Positions 56,217 through 63,544 of a stretch of 64,000 nt of DNA are shown in pieces. How positions within the stretch are numbered: position 1 is the first letter of the stretch; every line of letters starts with the position of its first letter. A model generated the notes under the pieces. The model made no database searches, was not told where the DNA came from, and worked only from the letters and a program-made list of their open reading frames with translations. Both the position numbers and the translations under genes were made by a program. Source of the DNA: an uncultured Treponema sp. (GTDB lineage Bacteria; Spirochaetota; Spirochaetia; Treponematales; Treponemataceae); contig CAUTOX010000002.1 of NCBI GenBank assembly GCA_963539665.1, positions 787 to 64,786 on the forward strand, read 5' to 3'.

Positions 56217-59210
56217 ATGAACGCTGCATTTGAAAATAACAGAGCGCAACTTTCACAGTTGACGGAATTATTTGAAAGGAATAAAAAGCAGTACAATACA
56301 TCGGCTTATGATGAAGCAAATACCCGTACCGATTTTATTGACAAGTTTTTTGAACTTTTAGGTTGGGATATAAGGAATGAACAAGGTTATTCTGAACAAT
56401 ATCGGGAAGTTGTGCGTGAAGACAAGGTAACGATAGCCGGAAGGGTGAAGGCTCCCGATTATGCCTTCAGAATAGGCAGGGTGAGGAAGTTTTTTGTAGA
56501 AGCGAAAAAGCCGAGCGTGAACATTAAAGATGACCTTGAGCCGGCGTTTCAGGTAAGGCGGTATGGGTACACGGCAAAACTCCCTTTGTGTATACTTACC
56601 GATTTTGAAGAATTTGCCGTGTACGACACCCGTATAAAACCTTCGCCTTCCGATAAACCAAGTACAGCCCGTATCTTTTACTGTACCTTCGATGAGTATC
56701 ATAAAAATTTCGATTTTATTTTTAACACTTTTTCAAAAGAAGCGATTTTAAAGGGCAGTTTCGATACCTATATTCAGGAGAACAAAAATAAAAAAGGCAC
56801 TTCCGAGGTCGACAAAGAATTACTAAAACTGATTGAAAGCTGGCGGACGGATATTGCAAAAAATATCGCACTGCGTAATCCTTCGCTCAATATTTATCAT
56901 CTAAACACTGCCGTACAAAAAATTATCGACCGCATCATTTTCTTGCGAATTGCGGAGGATAAAGAAATGGAAGAGTACGGACTTTTGCAAAAGATAACCG
57001 AAAGCGGCACAGTGTATCAAAAGCTGCAAGCTGTTTTTGACAGAGCTAATGCAAAGTACAATTCGGGACTTTTTAAACCGCATGACTGGCTCCGCAGTTT
57101 GACTATTGATGATGCGGTTCTTTCTTCTATTATAACAAGGCTTTATTACCCCGAATGTCCGTACGAGTTTTCTATTTTACCGGTGGAAATACTCGGCAAT
57201 ATTTATGAACAGTTTTTGGGAAAGATCATAAAATTCCGCAATATCGGAGGTCGACGTTTTGACGGGAGTCAAAACTCGGAGGTTTCGTCCGATAGGACGA
57301 ACACCCGACACACTGCGCTGATCGAAGAAAAGCCAGAGGTAAAAAAAGCCGGCGGTGTGTACTACACCCCACAATATATCGTCCGCTACATTGTAGAAAA
57401 TACCCTCGGCGTAAAAATAAAGGGGCAAAGCCCTGACGCTATTGCTCAGCTTAAAGTGGTTGATCCCGCCTGCGGTTCAGGCTCCTTTCTTGTTGAAGCG
57501 TATCAGCAGCTCTTGAATTATCATTTGGACTATTATTCAAGCGAAAAGGAGCAGAAGCTGGCTCTGAAAAAAAGCCGTATTTATGAATCAGGGCAAAATG
57601 TTTATAAACTCACTATTGAAGAAAAGCAGCGTATTTTGCTGAATAATATTTACGGAGTGGATATAGACGGTCAAGCTGTGGAAGTTACCAAGCTTTCGCT
57701 CTACTTAAAGCTGTTGGAAAATGAAGGGAGCGAAACGCAAGGGCAGTTATTTAAGTTTTCGGACATGAAGCTTTTACCCTCGCTCGATTCGAATATTAAA
57801 TGCGGCAATAGTCTTGTCGGTTCCGACTATTATAACGAAAAAGACGTAAGCCTTTTTGACGATGAAGTAATGCGGAAAATCAATACCTTTGACTGGGACA
57901 AGGAATTTCCGGAAGTCTTTGCTCAAGGCGGTTTTGACTGTGTGATTGGGAATCCGCCGTATGTGAACATCAGTGTATTTCCTGAACTGCACACATATTT
58001 GCAAATAACATATCCTATAATACACACAGGTTATAACGATTTGATGTATTATTTTATGTATCGCGGTATTGAGTTCTTAAAAGAAGATGGATTGTACGGT
58101 ATTATTACTTCAAATTATTTTTTGGGAAATGAATATGCGAAAAAATTACGAGTCTTTTTATCCGACAAGATTACCAAAATTTTAAATTTTAAAAATGCAA
58201 AAATATTTAGCGCAAATGTACATACTGCATTAGTATTTGCAGAAAAACATACAACAAATGACATCGATATTTTTACATATTCAAGCGATAAAGCTCCTGA
58301 TTCCGTAATTATAGAAAATGATTACTCATATATCACGATGAAAAGGAATACACTCAGTGAAGTATGGATTCTTGCCGATAGCAAAAAACAGCATGTTATT
58401 GACAAAATGAAAACAGATTCAATATATCTTGGTGATATAATGATTATCGAAAAAGGATCATCATCAGGTAAAAATGATATTTTTACAGTACCGCTTTCCG
58501 TTGCGGAAGAAGGTGCTTTTGAAAAAGACCTTATACGAAAAAATATAAAAAACGGCGATATTCATAGATACCGTTTAGAAAATAGGAAAACCGTTCTGAT
58601 TTATACAGATAACAAAACCGACATAAAAAAGTATCCGAATATTTATAAATATCTTTCAGCACATAAAAAAGAACTCAGCAACAGAAATGAGGTTTCAAAA
58701 GGAGCCTATGCATGGTATCGATTAGAGCGCCCTCGTGATAAAAATATTTTTGATGCAAAAGAAAAATTGATTGTCCCATATCGGGCAACACAGAATCGCT
58801 TTGCATATGATAATCAACAGTATTTCAATGACGGCGGTGATATCCGTGCATTAGTAATGAAAGAAAATATGCCTTTTAATATTAAATATCTACTGGTATT
58901 ACTCAACTCAAAACTACACAACTGGTATTTTGGCTTTATCGGTAAATCAAAAGGAAATACGCGGGAATATTTTAATAAACCTCTTGCAGAAATTCCCATA
59001 AAAACTATTTCACCGGAGGATCAAGCCCCGCTTATCACTCTTGCAGACCAGATGCTTGAAACGCAACGCAGATTGCAGCAAGCCCTATCCGATGAGGATA
59101 AAAAACTCTTGGAACAACGAGCGGCAATTATTGATAAGCAGATAGATAAGGCGGTATACCAGCTATACGGCTTAACGGAAGAAGAAGTGAAGATTGTGGA
59201 GGGGGAGTAA
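56217..59210 (+). CDS. Type IIG restriction enzyme / N6-adenine DNA methyltransferase (single chain: N-terminal PD-ExK nuclease, Eco57I-type gamma-class MTase, C-terminal specificity region)
   Basis: HsdR_N-like nuclease motif APDYAF...FFVEAKKP. Helical linker ILGNIYEQFLGK. AdoMet motif VVDPACGSGSFLVEAY. Catalytic motif VIGNPPYV. 997 aa. Confidence 0.85.
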   Translation: MNAAFENNRAQLSQLTELFERNKKQYNTSAYDEANTRTDFIDKFFELLGWDIRNEQGYSEQYREVVREDKVTIAGRVKAPDYAFRIGRVRKFFVEAKKPSVNIKDDLEPAFQVRRYGYTAKLPLCILTDFEEFAVYDTRIKPSPSDKPSTARIFYCTFDEYHKNFDFIFNTFSKEAILKGSFDTYIQENKNKKGTSEVDKELLKLIESWRTDIAKNIALRNPSLNIYHLNTAVQKIIDRIIFLRIAEDKEMEEYGLLQKITESGTVYQKLQAVFDRANAKYNSGLFKPHDWLRSLTIDDAVLSSIITRLYYPECPYEFSILPVEILGNIYEQFLGKIIKFRNIGGRRFDGSQNSEVSSDRTNTRHTALIEEKPEVKKAGGVYYTPQYIVRYIVENTLGVKIKGQSPDAIAQLKVVDPACGSGSFLVEAYQQLLNYHLDYYSSEKEQKLALKKSRIYESGQNVYKLTIEEKQRILLNNIYGVDIDGQAVEVTKLSLYLKLLENEGSETQGQLFKFSDMKLLPSLDSNIKCGNSLVGSDYYNEKDVSLFDDEVMRKINTFDWDKEFPEVFAQGGFDCVIGNPPYVNISVFPELHTYLQITYPIIHTGYNDLMYYFMYRGIEFLKEDGLYGIITSNYFLGNEYAKKLRVFLSDKITKILNFKNAKIFSANVHTALVFAEKHTTNDIDIFTYSSDKAPDSVIIENDYSYITMKRNTLSEVWILADSKKQHVIDKMKTDSIYLGDIMIIEKGSSSGKNDIFTVPLSVAEEGAFEKDLIRKNIKNGDIHRYRLENRKTVLIYTDNKTDIKKYPNIYKYLSAHKKELSNRNEVSKGAYAWYRLERPRDKNIFDAKEKLIVPYRATQNRFAYDNQQYFNDGGDIRALVMKENMPFNIKYLLVLLNSKLHNWYFGFIGKSKGNTREYFNKPLAEIPIKTISPEDQAPLITLADQMLETQRRLQQALSDEDKKLLEQRAAIIDKQIDKAVYQLYGLTEEEVKIVEGE
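57250..57305. repeat. Double-hairpin module inside the RM coding sequence (candidate in-frame repeat-element insertion)
   Basis: GTTTTGAC-GGGA-GTCAAAAC (57256-57275) and TTCGTCC-GATA-GGACGAA (57284-57301). The layout is the same as GTTTTGCC-GTA-GGCAAAA ... GGACG-GTA-CGTCC in the intergenic repeats. Confidence 0.55.
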
Positions 59211-59360
59211 TAATATTATGAGATATGATTATATGAATACAAAAAAACGATAACGGAAGATTTTAAACTATTAACAGCTCGTAATATAATAGATATTCTT
59301 GATGGTGATACAAAATTTGGTACATTTACATTTGAGAATGGCAAATATTTTGCAATTGCT

Positions 59361-60209
59361 ATGCCGTATTTAACAGGTCCAATGTTGTGTAGTATTTCAA
59401 CTCAATTCGGTCTTGCGGTTAGATACAATTTTGATACAACCAATGATAAAAAACAAAATAAAAGCAGATGGACATATCTAACTGATTTATTTGAATATTC
59501 TATTATGACCGGTTCTTGTTCAAATTTGCTATCATATCTTTTCGCACGAAAAAATTTTACAAATGAAACTTTTAAACAAAATATGAAAGATGATTCTTAT
59601 GGGTATCAAAATTATCAAGAGTTAGACGATAACGAAACTAATTATGCATACAAAATAATTATTGAACGAGTTATTAAAGAAATAAATGAATTATTAAAAT
59701 TTAGTCAAAAAGAACTCGCTATTGTATCAGATAATATTATTATAAAACCTATTACTGATGATATTAAAATTGAAACACCAAAAATAAAAAATATGGATGA
59801 TAAATATATTCAAAGTAAAGCTAACCAAGCTAAAGTTCATATCGAACAAGGTCAGTACGATACAGCCCTTACTCAAGCCCGCACAATATTGGAAGAAGTA
59901 TTTTGTTATGTCCTTGAAAGGAAAAATATAGAACCTATAGCAGCAGGAAAAATTGGAGAACTTTATAAACAAGTACGAGAAGTTTATAATATGCATATAG
60001 ATGATAATACTGATAAAAGAATAAAAAAATTATTATCGGGACTTAACACGATTGTTGATGCTATAGCGGAAATGCGAAATCAAATTAGCGATGCTCATGG
60101 ACAGGGTTCAAAAAGAAAAAGCATAAGAGATTATCATGCCCGACTCGCTGTTAATTCGGCTATTACGGCAGCAGAGTTTATTTTATCGGTATATGAACAT
60201 GCTACATAG
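59361..60209 (+). CDS. Abi_C-domain (abortive infection C-terminus) protein; the reading frame may begin at 59218 through a -1 shift at an A7 tract
   Basis: The C-terminus LSGLNTIVDAIAEMRNQISDAHGQGS...YHARLAVNSAITAAEFIL matches the Abi_C signature (RN..sdaHG). AT-rich. The in-frame open stretch extends upstream to 59229 without an ATG. Confidence 0.65.
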   Translation: MPYLTGPMLCSISTQFGLAVRYNFDTTNDKKQNKSRWTYLTDLFEYSIMTGSCSNLLSYLFARKNFTNETFKQNMKDDSYGYQNYQELDDNETNYAYKIIIERVIKEINELLKFSQKELAIVSDNIIIKPITDDIKIETPKIKNMDDKYIQSKANQAKVHIEQGQYDTALTQARTILEEVFCYVLERKNIEPIAAGKIGELYKQVREVYNMHIDDNTDKRIKKLLSGLNTIVDAIAEMRNQISDAHGQGSKRKSIRDYHARLAVNSAITAAEFILSVYEHAT

Positions 60210-60222
60210 CATAAAACTGTAA

Positions 60223-60350
60223 CAAGCCCTATCCGATGAGGATAAAAAGCTCTTGGAACAACGGACGACAATTATTGATAAGCAGATAGATAAGGCGGTA
60301 TATAAATTGTATAATTTAGCGGAAGAAGAAGTAAAGATTGTGGAGGGGGA
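60223..60350. repeat. Diverged direct copy (offset 1144 bp) of the last 128 bp of the RM gene (59079-59206)
   Basis: CAAGCCCTATCCGATGAGGATAAAAA.CTCTTGGAACAACG...ATTATTGATAAGCAGATAGATAAGGCGGTATA...GAAGAAGAAGT.AAGATTGTGGAGGGGGA is present at both sites. The second copy would encode ...QALSDEDKKLLEQRTTIIDKQIDKAVYKLYNLAEEEVKIVEGENDY*. Confidence 0.85.
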
Positions 60351-60352
60351 AA

Positions 60353-62626
60353 ATGATTACTGAAATTACGATGAAAAATATCGCGACTTATAATAATATT
60401 GGTGTTAAACTTGAGGGATTAAAACGGCTCAATTATTTTTTTGGAAACAATGGTTCCGGAAAATCTACAATCGCAAAATATTTGCAATCGCTTGTAATAG
60501 GTGATCCGGAAAATAAATATTCATCATGTTCAAAAGAAAATTATAACCCTATGCAGGAAGAAATTCTTGTGTTTAACCAAGATTTTGTCGAGAGAAATTT
60601 TAGGCAAAGCCAAGTCCTAAAAGGTGTTTTCTCATTAAATCAAAAGAATGCTGAAATTGATAAACAAATAAAACTAAACGAAGAAAGTATTTCAAACAAA
60701 CGTAGAACAAAGAATGACATGGAAGAAGAGAATAACATACTTGATCAGCAAAACAATCAACTTAAAACAGAATTAACAAAAAAATGTTTTAATAAAAGAA
60801 ATGTTTTTAAATCTTTTTCAAAAATGAGACTTGATCATTCAAAGAATATGAAAAATAATTTAGAACAAGTTGAAAAAATCATTCAGAATAATAGTATTGT
60901 AAAACCAGACTTTAGTACCCTAAATGATTTATATAAAAAGCTTTATGAAGATGATTTAAGCAGTATTGATGTTTTACTTGATATACAATTATTTGATGAG
61001 TTATTGCAAAAACATAATGAACTATCAGTATTGTTGCAAGAAATTATTATAGGTAAAGAAGATGTACAATTAGCAAAATTGATAAATGAATTTGGTTTAA
61101 AGTCTTGGGTTGCGCAAGGTAAAACATTTCTTGAGAAAACAAAGACTGTTTGTCCGTTTTGTCAAAAAGAAACGATAGACAATGATTTTATTTCGCAATT
61201 AAATGATATTTTTGACGAATCGTCAAAACAAAAGATAGACAAAATAAAAAGTGAAAAAATCATTTATGAGAATACATTCAAAAGGGTTTTGCAAAATATT
61301 CAAGCCGTATATGAAAAATACAATGTGAAAAACATTGTTTCAAATCTACAAATGAGCTTAAAAACCATTTATGATATTAACTTAAAAATAATAAGTGATA
61401 AAATCAATGCACCGAATGAAAAGAAAGCACTTGATGATATAACAGAATCATTTAAAAATATACTATTACAAATTAATAAGGAAATAGAAAATAATAATAC
61501 TCTTGTCAACTCTCTTGATACTCAAAAAGAGTCTTTAGAAAAACAAATATGGGATTACATTGCTCTTGACTGCAAAGATGATATTCTAAAATATCAAGAA
61601 GAGACTAAATCAACTACTGAAATTATTAATAAAAATAAAACTGGAATTGCGAGACTACTAGCGGAAATACAACAATTAGAACAAGAAAATGCTACACTAA
61701 GAGATAAAACTGTTAATACTACAGAAGCCGTTTATAATATAAATAAAATTTTGGAAAACTCCGGCTTTATGGGTTTTAAAATTTGTGAACAAACTAAAGA
61801 AAATAACATCTCCCAATATTATTTATCAAGAAATTCGAAAACACGTGAAGGTAATATATTTAATAGTTTGAGTGAAGGAGAGAGCAATTTTATTGCATTC
61901 TTATATTTCTACCAACTTTGTTTAGGTACTACGGATATTCAAGAAGGTTCTGAAAAAAAGAAAATAATTGTTATCGACGACCCTGTTTCAAGTATGGATA
62001 GCCAAGTATTATTTATCGTTTCAACATTAGTAAACAGGTTAATAACATATAAAGGCAGGAGCGGAGGAGAAAAAAAGGAGTTTCTAAATGGAAACATTGA
62101 ACAAGTTTTCATATTAACTCATAATTATTACTTCTATAAAGAAGTTGCAATGCAAAAACGACCTATATGTAAATCCCAACAGCATTATCTAATCGAAAAG
62201 AATGCGATTAATGAGTCATACATAAAATTGCGTGAATATAAAGAATACGATGACTATGCATTAATGTGGCAAACAATAAAAGAAGCAAAAGAAAAATTAT
62301 CTGATGACAATAAAGAACAAAATATTCTCCTGGCGAATTTATTTAGACGTATTTTAGAAAGCTATGCTAACTTTATAGGGCTTGGTACGGATTCTTGGGC
62401 AACTATTCTGGCGGATAATGACAAAGATAGTATGGAACATCATTTGAAAACTGCTTTTATTTCAATGATCAATGATGAAAGTCACAAAGTTTCGCCATTT
62501 GATAATTTTTATTTTCAAAAGATTCATAATGCTAATCCATCAAAGTTGTTTGAAGTATTTGAATCAATCTTCAATACTATTGGTAAAGAGCATTACGATA
62601 GGATGATGGAACCCAATAAATTATAA
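60353..62626 (+). CDS. AAA_13-family ATPase with coiled-coil CxxC hook and a PrrC/RloC-like C-terminal region (candidate anticodon nuclease)
   Basis: Walker A FFGNNGSGKSTI. Long coiled-coil segment with VCPFCQ. Walker B/D-loop IIVIDDPVSSMD. H-loop ILTHNYYF. C-terminal LFRRILESY...(37 aa)...NDESH resembles the PrrC/RloC Arg-Glu-His arrangement. The start is taken at the ATG at 60353. Confidence 0.7.
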   Translation: MITEITMKNIATYNNIGVKLEGLKRLNYFFGNNGSGKSTIAKYLQSLVIGDPENKYSSCSKENYNPMQEEILVFNQDFVERNFRQSQVLKGVFSLNQKNAEIDKQIKLNEESISNKRRTKNDMEEENNILDQQNNQLKTELTKKCFNKRNVFKSFSKMRLDHSKNMKNNLEQVEKIIQNNSIVKPDFSTLNDLYKKLYEDDLSSIDVLLDIQLFDELLQKHNELSVLLQEIIIGKEDVQLAKLINEFGLKSWVAQGKTFLEKTKTVCPFCQKETIDNDFISQLNDIFDESSKQKIDKIKSEKIIYENTFKRVLQNIQAVYEKYNVKNIVSNLQMSLKTIYDINLKIISDKINAPNEKKALDDITESFKNILLQINKEIENNNTLVNSLDTQKESLEKQIWDYIALDCKDDILKYQEETKSTTEIINKNKTGIARLLAEIQQLEQENATLRDKTVNTTEAVYNINKILENSGFMGFKICEQTKENNISQYYLSRNSKTREGNIFNSLSEGESNFIAFLYFYQLCLGTTDIQEGSEKKKIIVIDDPVSSMDSQVLFIVSTLVNRLITYKGRSGGEKKEFLNGNIEQVFILTHNYYFYKEVAMQKRPICKSQQHYLIEKNAINESYIKLREYKEYDDYALMWQTIKEAKEKLSDDNKEQNILLANLFRRILESYANFIGLGTDSWATILADNDKDSMEHHLKTAFISMINDESHKVSPFDNFYFQKIHNANPSKLFEVFESIFNTIGKEHYDRMMEPNKL

Positions 62627-62648
62627 TTACAAAAGGAGGAGTCCGATT

Positions 62649-63001
62649 ATGTCTTATGAACCAGTTATTGAACAAGTAAAAATGCTGCCGGAGCCGCTAT
62701 TGGCTTCCTTAAAATTCACCGCTACAGGAAGTTTGAACTTCCGAAAGCGCTGAATTGGTGTGCGCAAGCACACATATAAATAGGCGATGTTTTGTATTTT
62801 TGCAAAACTCGCGTTTAAGTTGAACGACTTTATCTTAGTCGTTCAACTTAAACTATAGTGACAGCTTTTATCAAATTGCTTGAAGCAGAGCAAGGTTGTG
62901 TTACGGGAAATTATACCAAGCAAGCATTCTTTGCATTAGCAGGGAAAATCCATCTTGACCAAGATGCAGTAACCGAATTACGCGAGGCAAGATTGATATG
63001 A
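62649..63001 (+). pseudogene. Disrupted antitoxin gene (DUF2281/VapB-like), split by an insertion of about 150 bp
   Basis: A good RBS (AAGGAGG) precedes MSYEPVIEQVKMLPEPLLASLK. After the multi-hairpin insert (about 62716-62866) a different frame reads ...FIKLLEAEQG...FALAGKIHLDQDAVTELREARLI*. The stop overlaps the next ATG (ATGA). Confidence 0.45.
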
Positions 63002-63024
63002 TTTTGGTAAACACGAATATTAAA
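62998..63024 (+). pseudogene. Stub of a PIN-domain (VapC-like) toxin gene, truncated by a MITE
   Basis: MILVNTNI is a typical VapC N-terminus (MxLxDTNI). The frame runs straight into the element at 63021-63057 and stops. Confidence 0.4.
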
Positions 63025-63057
63025 CCTGTTCGGAAACGCAGTTATCGAACAGGTCTA
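63021..63057. mobile_element. Minimal MITE copy (termini only)
   Basis: TAAACCTGTTCGGAAACGCAGTTATCGAACAGGTCTA is the left and right termini of the 52712-52835 element joined together. Confidence 0.6.
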
Positions 63058-63120
63058 TTATCATAGACTTTTGGAATAATCCTACAGCTGCTGTTGGAAA
63101 AAAACATTGGCTCTTGACTA

Positions 63121-63345
63121 TCATCTTTTAAATATTTGCTTAATTACTTTGCCCCCTCCCCTCAAAAAAAATAAACCAGAAACCGGTGTTTTTCTTACAA
63201 CTCATCTACCTCTCTCTACCCCAAAATAAGATTCATCAAGTTCAAAAGTTCCAATTTCTTTTTCAGTTTTTTTGAATATCTTTCTCATATTATATTGAAA
63301 TATCGATTAACTGCGTTACGATTTACACCCACAATTCAATTTTAG
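63121..63345 (-). pseudogene. IS1595-family (ISXO2-like) transposase fragment with frameshifts and stops
   Basis: Minus-strand pieces VGVNRNAVNRYFNII / REKIFKKTEKEIGTFELDESYFGVER* / VVRKTPVSGLFF / LRGGGKVIKQIFK lie in different frames. Compare the family pattern E(I/L)DESYFGG...GKTPVFG(L/I)..RGGKV. Confidence 0.5.
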
Positions 63346-63544
63346 CCGTTGCAGTAGCAGTTTGTCCTCTACAAAACATAAAATTATTTTGTTTGTTTTT
63401 TATTGTACTAAGTCTCTGATGTACAGGACTTATAGCCTCCATTTTTTGAGGTGCCAGTCAAGAGCTAATTGTATAATACAGGAAAAACTGCTATCATTAG
63501 AAAATGTCGCTTTTAAAAAACTTGTATTGGGTGGAGAACTAAAA

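Noticed and set aside
46223-59210. The DUF2791/BrxD-like ATPase plus an Eco57I-type methyltransferase could indicate a BREX system.
   Set aside because: The two genes are 9 kb apart on opposite strands, separated by parC and yigZ. No PglZ, BrxC/PglY, BrxA or BrxB candidates are present. The ATPase is better explained by its TerB and helicase neighbours (Shango-type).
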